Part shown: positions 56,333 to 64,000 of the stretch, one piece after another | Numbering within the stretch: the first letter of the stretch is position 1 | Layout of the letters: each line of letters opens with the position of its first letter | Source of the DNA: Dehalococcoidia bacterium | GTDB lineage: Bacteria; Chloroflexota; Dehalococcoidia; Lucifugimonadales; UBA1127 | DNA length: 64,000 nucleotides | NCBI GenBank assembly: GCA_965116355.1 | Contig: OZ220679.1 | Location: forward strand, 23,819-87,818 | Reading direction: 5' to 3' | Program-made: the position numbers and the translations under genes | Notes under the pieces: model-generated | Seen by the model: only the letters and a program-made list of their open reading frames with translations | Told to the model about the DNA's origin: nothing | Databases searched by the model: none

Positions 56333-58840
56333 ATGGCAAAAGACCTGGTTATCGTTGAATCGCCGACTAAGGCGAGGACAATCGAGCGCATTCTTGGTGA
56401 CAAGCACACGGTCATGGCGTCGCTGGGCCACGTGCGTGACCTGCCGGTGCGGGGCTTGGGCGTCGACATCGAGCGGGACTTCGAGCCCCGCTACGTCGTC
56501 GAAAGCGGCGGCGGTGAGCGGCGGGGGCGCAGCACGCGCGGGCGGCAGAGCAAGGCCGACCTGGTGGAGGAGATTGCCGCGGCGGCGGGCAAGGCGGCCA
56601 CAGTCTACCTGGCTACGGACCCGGACCGGGAAGGGGAAGCCATCTCCTGGCACCTGCTGGAAGCGCTGCGCGAGCGGAAGGTGGTGCCGAAGAACACCCA
56701 GCGCGTGGTCTTTCACGAGATAACGGAGCCTGCGGTGCGAGAGGCGTTCGAGCACCCTCGCTCCATCGACATGGACATGGTGGACGCGCAGCAGGCGCGA
56801 CGGGTCCTGGACCGGCTGGTGGGCTACAAGCTCAGCCCGCTTGTCAGCAAGCACCTGATGTCCGGCGGATTGACGGCGGGACGGGTGCAGTCGGCGGCGC
56901 TGCGCATGGTGGTGGAGCGAGAGCGGGAGATTGAGGCGTTCGTGCCCGTCGAGAGTTGGTCGATTGAGGCGGCGCTACGGAAGGCAAACGGGGCGGACGC
57001 CGCCGAATTCACCGCCAGGCTGCACGCACGGCAGGGAGAACGCAGGGCATTGACGATGCCGGACGAGGCATCGGCGAGGGCAGCGCTGGCCGACCTGGAA
57101 GGCGCGAGATACGCGGTGCGCGGAGTGCAGGTGCGGCCCGTGAAGCAACGCCCCTCGGCGCCGTTCATCACCAGCACCTTGCAGCAAGAGGCGTGGCGCA
57201 AGCTGCGGTTCGGCGCGCAGAAGGCCATGTCCGTAGCGCAGTCGCTCTACGAGGGCGTCTCGTTGGGGCCGGAGGGCCCGGTGGGCCTGATCACGTACAT
57301 GCGGACGGACTCGACCAACCTGGCGGGGCCGGCGGTGAAGGAGATGAGGGACCTCATCAAGGAACAGTACGGTGCGCGCTACGTACCATCGCAGCCGCGC
57401 GTGTATGCGTCAAAGGTGAAGGGCGCACAGGAGGCGCACGAGGCCATCCGCCCCACATCGGCGATGCGCACCCCGGCGTCGGTCAGGGCGCATCTCACCA
57501 ACGACCAACACCGGCTCTACGACCTGATTTGGAAGCGCACCGTTGCGTCCCAAATGGCCGACGCAGAGACTGAACGAACGACGGCTGAGATTGACGCTGC
57601 CGCGCCATCGCGCCAAGGGTACGTTTTCCGCGCTACCGGCTACGTGTTGACCTTCCCCGGTTTTCGCGCACTGTACCTGGAGGGGCGGGACGATGCGGAC
57701 GGCGAAGGCGACGACGCCAGGACGCTGCCGCCCTTCGCCGCGGGCGACGCGCTCGTGTGCGGCGGCCTTACGCCGGAGCAGCATTTCACGGAGCCGCCGC
57801 CCCGCTACTCTGAGGCGACGCTGGTGCGCGCGCTGGAAGAGAAGGGCATCGGCAGGCCGAGCACCTACGCGACCATCGTCTCGACAATTCAGGAACGAGA
57901 CTACGTCCAGCGGAACCAGGGCCGGCTGGTCCCCACCGTCGTCGGGCGCAGGGTCAACGACTTCCTGAACCAGCACTTCACGCAGGTGGTGGACCTGGAC
58001 TTCACGGCCAAGCTGGAAGAGGAACTGGACGAGGTGGCGCAGGGCGCGCGCCAGTGGCGGGCGATGCTGGCCGACTTCTACGGGCCGTTCTCCGACAGCC
58101 TGCAGGCGACGGCCGGCAGCGCGCCCAGAGAGGGCATCGGCGCGGGCGAGGACTGCGAGGTCTGCGGCAGGCCGATGATCCTCAAGAAGAACCGGTGGGG
58201 CGGAACTTTCATGTCTTGCAGCGGCTTTCCGGAGTGCCGCAACGCCAAGCCCATCGGCGGTGAGGCCAAGGATGAGGCCCCGCTGCCGGAGGTGACGGAC
58301 GCCGTCTGCGACCAGTGCGGCAAGCCGATGACCGCGCGACGCCGGAAGCGCGATGGGTCGGCCTTTCTCGGCTGTACGGGCTACCCCAGGTGCAAGAACG
58401 TCAGGCAGCTCCCCGGCGCCTCGGGTGAGCAGGCAGTTGCGTCCGCCCTGCCGGAAGTGACCGACGAGATTTGCAACGAGTGCGGCAAGCCTATGGCGGT
58501 GCGGCAGAACCGCTGGGGGTCGCCCTTCCTTTCCTGTACGGGTTACCCGAAGTGCAAGAACGCGAAGCCAATGCCGACCGGCGCGTCTTGCCCCAAGTGC
58601 GGCGGCGCTCTGGAAGAACGGAGAGGTCCGCCGCGCAAAGGACGTCGCGGCAGGTCGACATTCTACGGGTGCGCCAATTACCCGGACTGCGACTTTACGG
58701 TGAACCAGCGCCCCCTGCCGAACCCTTGCCCGGAGTGCAACGGTCTGCTGACGCTTCAGGGCCGCGGCGGTGTCAAGTGCACCCGCTGCGCCTACCAGGT
58801 TGGGGCGGAGGAGCCGGAGGCCGCTACGGCGGAGGCCTAG
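56333..58840 (+). CDS. topA: DNA topoisomerase I with four C-terminal C4 zinc ribbons
   Basis: Toprim domain LVIVESPTKARTIERIL, active-site region ITYMRTDSTNL, and repeated C..CG.P...........F..C..(Y/F)P.C ribbons. Confidence 0.95.
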   Translation: MAKDLVIVESPTKARTIERILGDKHTVMASLGHVRDLPVRGLGVDIERDFEPRYVVESGGGERRGRSTRGRQSKADLVEEIAAAAGKAATVYLATDPDREGEAISWHLLEALRERKVVPKNTQRVVFHEITEPAVREAFEHPRSIDMDMVDAQQARRVLDRLVGYKLSPLVSKHLMSGGLTAGRVQSAALRMVVEREREIEAFVPVESWSIEAALRKANGADAAEFTARLHARQGERRALTMPDEASARAALADLEGARYAVRGVQVRPVKQRPSAPFITSTLQQEAWRKLRFGAQKAMSVAQSLYEGVSLGPEGPVGLITYMRTDSTNLAGPAVKEMRDLIKEQYGARYVPSQPRVYASKVKGAQEAHEAIRPTSAMRTPASVRAHLTNDQHRLYDLIWKRTVASQMADAETERTTAEIDAAAPSRQGYVFRATGYVLTFPGFRALYLEGRDDADGEGDDARTLPPFAAGDALVCGGLTPEQHFTEPPPRYSEATLVRALEEKGIGRPSTYATIVSTIQERDYVQRNQGRLVPTVVGRRVNDFLNQHFTQVVDLDFTAKLEEELDEVAQGARQWRAMLADFYGPFSDSLQATAGSAPREGIGAGEDCEVCGRPMILKKNRWGGTFMSCSGFPECRNAKPIGGEAKDEAPLPEVTDAVCDQCGKPMTARRRKRDGSAFLGCTGYPRCKNVRQLPGASGEQAVASALPEVTDEICNECGKPMAVRQNRWGSPFLSCTGYPKCKNAKPMPTGASCPKCGGALEERRGPPRKGRRGRSTFYGCANYPDCDFTVNQRPLPNPCPECNGLLTLQGRGGVKCTRCAYQVGAEEPEAATAEA

Positions 58841-58841
58841 C

Positions 58842-59999
58842 ATGGATGCGCGGACGCACCCGGACGCAGCGGCCCTGGATTCCCGCATTCGCGGGAATGA
58901 CGAGGCTGTGAATCCCGTTCGCCCCCTTCGTGCTCCCTCAGGACAGGCTTCGACAAGCTCCTTCGACCGGCTCAGGACGGAGTCAGGGCGGACGGAGAGG
59001 GAGAGGCCGGAGTTTCCGGGCGATCCGGGCGAGGGCCACTGGGCGCGCCCCATCGCGGAGCGGCTGCGGGTGCACCTGCAAGCCCAGCGAGGGCTGACAC
59101 CATACACCGTCCGCAACTACCTGACGGACCTGCTGCCCTTCTGGCAGTTCCTCGACAAGCAGGGAGTCACGGACCTCACCAAGCTGGACCGGCCGGCATT
59201 GCGGACGTACCTGCACTGGCTGCTTACGGACGCACGGCCGATGAACGGGGGGCGCGACAAGCCTCCCGCCATGCGTCGGGGCTCGCTGGGATACGTGCCG
59301 AAGAGCGTCACGCGCAAGCTCAGCGCCCTCCGCACCCTCTTCGCCTGGCTGAAGCGGCAAGGCGACATCCCCAACGACCCGACGGCGCTGCTCTCGACGG
59401 CGCGCACGCAGCGGCGGCTGCCGACGTTCCTCGACGTGGGCGAGGCGACCGACCTGGTTGAGGAGCCGAACACAGACTCGCCGGCGGGGCTTCGCGACCG
59501 CGCGGTGCTGGAGGTGCTGTACGGCGCCGGGCTTCGCGTCAGCGAGCTGACGGGGCTCGACGTGACGGACGTGCGCGTGGACGAGCGGCAGGCGCGGGTG
59601 CTGGGCAAGGGCGCGAAGGAGCGCATGGTCCTGCTGGGCGGCAAGGCAGCCGCCGCCGTGGATGACTACCTGCGGCATGGCCGGCCACACCTGCGGGCGG
59701 CCCGTGACGGCGGGGCCCTCTTCCTCAACAAGGACGGCGGGCGGCTGACGCCGCGGAGCGTGCAGAAGCTCGTGCGGCGCTATGCCATTCGGTCGGGCAT
59801 CGAAACGAAGGTGCATCCGCACACGCTACGCCACTCGTTCGCAACGCACCTGCTGGACGGCGGGGCGGACCTGCGCGTGGTGCAGGAGCTGCTGGGGCAC
59901 TCGAGCCCGACGACGACGGAGATCTACACCCACGTCACACAGGCGGCGGCGCGGCAGACGTACGTGTCGGCCCATCCGAGGGCGCGCCGGGGCAGATAG
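58842..59999 (+). CDS. xerC: Tyrosine recombinase XerC/XerD family (start uncertain)
   Basis: RGLTPYTVRNYLTDLLPFWQFL, ...RDRAVLEVLYGAGLRVSEL, ...HPHTLRHSFATHLLDGGADLRVVQELLGHSSPTTTEIYTHV. The first ~55 codons run through a REP-like repeat, so the real start may be further downstream. Confidence 0.85.
   Translation: MDARTHPDAAALDSRIRGNDEAVNPVRPLRAPSGQASTSSFDRLRTESGRTERERPEFPGDPGEGHWARPIAERLRVHLQAQRGLTPYTVRNYLTDLLPFWQFLDKQGVTDLTKLDRPALRTYLHWLLTDARPMNGGRDKPPAMRRGSLGYVPKSVTRKLSALRTLFAWLKRQGDIPNDPTALLSTARTQRRLPTFLDVGEATDLVEEPNTDSPAGLRDRAVLEVLYGAGLRVSELTGLDVTDVRVDERQARVLGKGAKERMVLLGGKAAAAVDDYLRHGRPHLRAARDGGALFLNKDGGRLTPRSVQKLVRRYAIRSGIETKVHPHTLRHSFATHLLDGGADLRVVQELLGHSSPTTTEIYTHVTQAAARQTYVSAHPRARRGR
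58851..58990. repeat. REP-like dispersed repeat (hairpin TCCCGC-ATTC-GCGGGA plus CTTCGAC..GCTCAGGAC motif)
   Basis: It contains ggattcccgcattcgcgggaatgacg and ggcttcgacaagctccttcgaccggctcaggacgg. These translate to the familiar IPAFAGMT / FDRLRT artefact peptides. Confidence 0.6.
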
Positions 60000-60029
60000 A
60001 CGGCGGGGGCACCCATCCCCGTTCAAGTA

Positions 60030-60150
60030 TGGGACAGGCTCCCCACGCCGTTGGCAGGCCCTTCGACAGGCTCAAGGCGAACGATTGGGAGGAGGCAGGG
60101 CCAGGGAGCGGCGGGGTTCCTGCCTGCGCAGGAACGACGGGGGCGGTTGA
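60030..60150. repeat. Second copy of the REP-like repeat family
   Basis: It contains cccttcgacaggctcaaggcgaacg and ggttcctgcctgcgcaggaacgacg (hairpin TTCCTGC-CTGC-GCAGGAA). It is related to the element at 58851-58990. Confidence 0.55.
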
Positions 60151-60258
60151 CGGGCCGTATCCCCGCTACGCTAGAATGTTCGCATAGTTGCGCGGGAAGG
60201 CAACGCTGGGGACTCCGCCTCAGCGTTCATCATCTCCAAGACTGGAGCAGATACCTCA

Positions 60259-63132
60259 GTGACGCTACTCTCCACAGGCGAGCTTTCGCTTCACGATGTC
60301 TTTGTGTGCCTCGACCTGGAAACAACCGGACTCGACCCCGACCAGGAGACGATCATCGAGGTGGGGGCGGTCAGGTTCCGGGCGGGGGAGACAGTGGACA
60401 CGCTGTCGGAGCTCGTCAACCCGAAGCGGCAGCTGTCCCCCTTCATCCAGCGACTGACAGGCATCAAGCAGGCCGAGGTCAATGCCGCGCAGCCTTTCTC
60501 CGCCATCGCCGACCGCGTGCGCGACTTCGTCGGCGACGCGCCAGTGATCGGACATAACGTACAATTCGACATTGGCTTTCTGCAGCGCGCGGGCGTGCGA
60601 TTTCCCGGGCCAGTGTGGGACACGCGAGATCTCGCCTCCATGCTGTTGCCGAACGGCAACTACGCGCTCAACATGCTGGCCCGCTCGCTGGGGCTGACGC
60701 CGTGGAACGCACACCGGGCGCTGGACGACGCCGTCGCGACGCAGCAGGTTTTCGAGCGGCTCATCGCCAGGGCGCTGGAGATGGACCCGGGCGTCATCGT
60801 CGAGATGGCGCGGCTGGCGCGAACGGCCAACTGGCCGCTGGGCCGGCTGCTGAACGCAGTGTCGGCGGAGCAGGCGGCGAAGGGCAACACGCGCACGGCA
60901 GTGCTGGGCGGCGTGGACACGCTGGCCCTGGAGCGGCGCATTCGCCCGCCGCGGCGCACGGCGGCGTCGCAGGGCGGGGCGCTGACGGCGGACGCGCTGC
61001 CCGACGACCCGGCGGAGATGGCGGCCGCGCTCGTCGGGCCGGACGGAGCGCTGGCGTCGGTCGCGCAAGGCTTCGAGCACCGGGTGGAGCAGGAGCAGAT
61101 GCTGCGAGCGGTCGCGCAGGCATTCGCCGAGGGCCACCACCTGGTCGCGGAGGCGGGTACGGGCGTCGGCAAGAGCATGGCGTACCTGCTGCCAGCGGCG
61201 GCCTTCGCGCTGCGGAACAACACGCGGGTCGTGGTCTCGACGAACACCATCAGCCTGCAGGAGCAGCTTGCGAACAAGGACGTGGAGACGGCGGCGAGGA
61301 CGCTGGAGGCTGCGGGGCTGTCCGGTGCGGCCGATCTGCGCTTCACCACGCTCAAGGGGCGGGCCAACTACCTCTGCATGCGGCGGTGGGCGCACATGCG
61401 GGCGTCGCAAACGCTGACCCTCGACGAGGCGCGACTGCTCGGCAAGCTGACAACGTGGCTGCAGGACACCTCGACGGGCGACCGCGCCGACCTGCGCATG
61501 GGGCGGCCCGACAACAACGTGTGGGACCGGCTGAGCGCATCAGGGAGCTGGCTCTGCCCGACAGGAGAGGGCGCGTGCTTCCTGCGCGCCGCCCGCGACC
61601 GCGCCGAGGCCGCGTCGGTGATCATCGTGAACCACTCGCTGCTGCTGTCGGACGTTGCGCGAGGCGGCGGACTGATCCCGGACTACGATTACCTCATCGT
61701 CGACGAGGCGCAGCATTTGGAGGCGGAGGCCACCAGCCAATTCAGCACACGCGTGGCCCACTCCCAGGCGGCGGATCTACTCGATGAGCTGGCGAACCCG
61801 CGGGGCATCGTCATGGACACGGTCAACGCCTTCCGCATGTCCCCCGCGGCACAGTCGCGCCGGCAGGCGACGGCGGACGCCGCCGAGCAGGTGATGCAGG
61901 CAGCCGGGCGGGCTCGGGAGCGCCTCGACGAGTTCTTCCCCCGGCTCATGCGCTATGCACAGGACCGAAACGAGGGCAACCAGGGGCAGCAGAACCCGCT
62001 CCGGGTGACCTCGGCCGTGCGCGCGCAGCCGGACTGGGCGGCGCTGGAAGTGGCGTGGGAGAACCCAAGCAGCGCGCTGGGCGACCTGCTGCGGGCGCTC
62101 GGCGCCCTATATGCGTCGCTGGACGGGCTGGAGGAGAACGACGTCACGGACTACGACACGGTGCGCTCGGAGCTGGCGACGCGGGAGGGCTCGCTCATCG
62201 AGCTGCGGGTCAACGCCGACCGGTTCATGTACGAGCAGGACTCCGAGAGCATCTTCTGGGTCGAGGGATCGCAACTCAGCAACGTGGCGCTATGCATCGC
62301 GCCGCTGCGCGTGGGCGAGACGCTGTGGGAGCAGCTCTTCGAGCGGCGGCAGAGCGTCGTCCTGACGAGCGCGACGCTGACCGTGGCGGGCAGCTTTGGG
62401 CCGCTGCGCGAGCGGCTGGGCCTGCGCGACGCCGAGGAACTGCTGCTGGGATCGCCGTTCAACTACCCGCAGTCCGCGCTGGTGTGCATCCCGAAGGACA
62501 TGCCGGAGCCCAACAGCCCAGGCTTCACGTCCACCGTCGCGCGGACGGTGACGGAGCTGGCTCGCGCGGCGGATGGGCACACGCTCGCGCTGTTCACGTC
62601 GCACGCGGCGCTGCGGGCCACCGCCGAGATGGCGCGTGGCGCGCTGGAGGGCGAGGACATCCGCGTGCTGGCGCAAGGCGTCGACGGGGCGCCCGCGGCG
62701 CTCATCGAAGAGTTTCTGGGCAACCCCAAGGCGCTGTTGCTGGGCACGGCCAGCTTCTGGGAGGGCATAGACCTGGCGGGCGACGCGCTTACCGTGCTGG
62801 CGCTGACGCGGCTGCCCTTCGACGTGCCGACGGAGCCGGTCTTCGCCGCGCGCTCGGAGGAGTACGAGGACGCCTTCAAGGACTACGCCGTTCCGCAGGC
62901 GGTGCTGCGCTTCAGGCAGGGGTTCGGGCGGCTCATCCGGACGGCCAGCGACCGGGGCGTCGTCGCGGTGCTCGACCGGCGGCTGACGGCGCGGTCATAC
63001 GGCAGTCTCTTCATGCGCTCGTTACCAGAGTGCACCGTCGAGCAACCCCAGCTCCGCGACATGCCGGACATCGTGCGGCGATGGCTTTCGGCGCGTACGT
63101 CCGGTCAGGGAACGTCAGGCCGGTCGTCATAG
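60259..63132 (+). CDS. dinG: DinG-family helicase fused to an N-terminal DnaQ-like 3'-5' exonuclease
   Basis: ExoI VCLDLETTGLD, ExoII IGHNVQFDIGFL, ExoIII HRALDDAVAT, Walker A AEAGTGVGKSMAYLLPA, and DEAH-type box LIVDEAQHLE. Confidence 0.9.
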   Translation: MTLLSTGELSLHDVFVCLDLETTGLDPDQETIIEVGAVRFRAGETVDTLSELVNPKRQLSPFIQRLTGIKQAEVNAAQPFSAIADRVRDFVGDAPVIGHNVQFDIGFLQRAGVRFPGPVWDTRDLASMLLPNGNYALNMLARSLGLTPWNAHRALDDAVATQQVFERLIARALEMDPGVIVEMARLARTANWPLGRLLNAVSAEQAAKGNTRTAVLGGVDTLALERRIRPPRRTAASQGGALTADALPDDPAEMAAALVGPDGALASVAQGFEHRVEQEQMLRAVAQAFAEGHHLVAEAGTGVGKSMAYLLPAAAFALRNNTRVVVSTNTISLQEQLANKDVETAARTLEAAGLSGAADLRFTTLKGRANYLCMRRWAHMRASQTLTLDEARLLGKLTTWLQDTSTGDRADLRMGRPDNNVWDRLSASGSWLCPTGEGACFLRAARDRAEAASVIIVNHSLLLSDVARGGGLIPDYDYLIVDEAQHLEAEATSQFSTRVAHSQAADLLDELANPRGIVMDTVNAFRMSPAAQSRRQATADAAEQVMQAAGRARERLDEFFPRLMRYAQDRNEGNQGQQNPLRVTSAVRAQPDWAALEVAWENPSSALGDLLRALGALYASLDGLEENDVTDYDTVRSELATREGSLIELRVNADRFMYEQDSESIFWVEGSQLSNVALCIAPLRVGETLWEQLFERRQSVVLTSATLTVAGSFGPLRERLGLRDAEELLLGSPFNYPQSALVCIPKDMPEPNSPGFTSTVARTVTELARAADGHTLALFTSHAALRATAEMARGALEGEDIRVLAQGVDGAPAALIEEFLGNPKALLLGTASFWEGIDLAGDALTVLALTRLPFDVPTEPVFAARSEEYEDAFKDYAVPQAVLRFRQGFGRLIRTASDRGVVAVLDRRLTARSYGSLFMRSLPECTVEQPQLRDMPDIVRRWLSARTSGQGTSGRSS

Positions 63133-64000
63133 TATCGCGACGTGAAGAGCAGCCCGTCGTGGCGGATGGCCCACACGTGAGCGTACAAGGTCTCCGAAGA
63201 CCTGGTGTTGGGGAAGATGAAACTGACCCAAACGCCGTCTTCCGTGGCCGCCGCCATCTCTTCGCCAATATTCCGGGCGAGGCCCGCGCCAACGCCCTTC
63301 AAGTCTGTGCCGATGAGACGCGGCGCGAGGATAGCCACGCGCACGACGTCGTTCTCATCGGCCATGGTCAGGCTCCACTGACCATCCACACTCTCCTGGC
63401 TGTTGTAATGGGCGATAGTGGCGTCCAAGCCGTTGGCCTCGTAGTACCGGATGGCCTTCTGTACATAGTCCTGGGTCTGCGCCGCAGGATTTTCAACTTG
63501 CGGGTAGTAGCCGGAGGCGAAGAGCATTCCATCGTGGCGCACGGCGTAGCCCACCTTCGGAACTTCCTTCAACGTCACCGGATGCGGCCACAGGTACTCC
63601 ACCCAGACTCCTTCGCCGCCGTCAGTGGCCTTGGCCAGCTCCCTGCCCAGCTCATAACCGTCGGAACCAATCACGTCCTTGATGTCCGTCCCTATCAGCC
63701 GGGAAATCAGAGGATGGACATGGTAGATGTCGGTGGCGTCGGTGGCGAAGAGATACCACTGGCCCTCAAAGCTGGCGACGCTGTTGTAGTAATTGAGCAT
63801 GGACTGGAGGCCGTCTCGCTCGTAGCGTTCAATGGCGCGATTCACGTAGTCCACGGTGTAATCGCGCGGGTCGGCGTCCTCCCAGGGCGGAGCAGCCGTC
63901 TCGGGCCCGCCTGCGTAGTAGCCCGAAGCGAAAATCAGCCCATCGTGCCGGACGGCCCAAGTGACCTTCTGCTGTTCCTTGCGGGATACGGGATGCGGCC
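63105..64000 (-). CDS. sCache/PDC-like repeat protein (N-terminal part outside window)
   Basis: At least two full and one partial repeat of ...Y(V/Y)..AI.(R/Y)YE..GL......YN...S..GQW(Y/S)L......D......P.LIGTD(I/L)K...............G(V/E)WV........K...YA(V/I)RHDG(M/L)LF(A/T)S(G/R)YY. The frame stays open past the GTG at 63854 to the window end. Confidence 0.8.
   Translation of the reverse strand, partial: PHPVSRKEQQKVTWAVRHDGLIFASGYYAGGPETAAPPWEDADPRDYTVDYVNRAIERYERDGLQSMLNYYNSVASFEGQWYLFATDATDIYHVHPLISRLIGTDIKDVIGSDGYELGRELAKATDGGEGVWVEYLWPHPVTLKEVPKVGYAVRHDGMLFASGYYPQVENPAAQTQDYVQKAIRYYEANGLDATIAHYNSQESVDGQWSLTMADENDVVRVAILAPRLIGTDLKGVGAGLARNIGEEMAAATEDGVWVSFIFPNTRSSETLYAHVWAIRHDGLLFTSRYYDDRPDVP

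Noticed and set aside
58842-59999. xerC considered as the integrase of the accessory island.
   Set aside because: It lies 17 kb from the island end, within the conserved dprA-topA-xerC housekeeping context, and has typical XerC/D motifs. No att-like repeats link it to the island.

Overview
High-GC (about two-thirds G+C by eye) bacterial chromosomal segment. The gene content and a Cheo-type LexA box (GAAC-N4-GTTC) fit Chloroflexota or another Gram-positive-type lineage, but the taxon cannot be proven from this window. All family names below come from motif recognition by eye in the supplied translations; no BLAST or HMM search was run.

Layout:
- (1) 1-4.2 kb: two cadherin-repeat surface proteins. 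The second carries three near-identical 342-bp tandem repeats.
- (2) 4.4-11.7 kb: two inverted paralogous one-polypeptide two-component proteins (GAF-PAS-HisKA-HATPase-REC-wHTH). One has degenerate catalytic residues. Between them lie an orphan wHTH remnant, a small ORF and a very acidic putative lipoprotein.
- (3) 12-15.7 kb: secreted and lipoprotein genes (endostatin/DUF1554-like, sCache-like, RCC1-like).
- (4) 15.8-21.2 kb: LexA-box promoter, imuB-dnaE2, and an SRAP (YedK-like) gene.
- (5) 21.2-41.6 kb: a compositionally mosaic, lower-GC accessory/defence island. It holds a decayed PIN-like toxin, a fused XRE-ImmA/IrrE regulator, a tight six-gene operon, a low-GC glycosyltransferase/GH16 module, and a Type I R-M operon interrupted by mazEF, an AbiJ-like HEPN gene and a DUF3644-like gene.
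- (6) 41.9-54.9 kb: a MoxR/DUF58 operon with a 2465-aa protein carrying three transglutaminase cores.
- (7) 55.2-63.1 kb: dprA-topA-xerC and dinG (exonuclease-helicase fusion), with REP-like repeats flanking xerC.
- (8) 63.1-64.0 kb: a partial sCache-repeat gene.

No rRNA, tRNA, CRISPR array, integrase or transposase could be supported.

The best candidate for an undescribed system is the six-gene operon at 23298-28260. It encodes a Tmk-like kinase with a helical domain, a ThyA-fold enzyme, an unknown protein, two TIR-like proteins and an Nmad2-like protein. It is transcribed divergently from the XRE-ImmA regulator.
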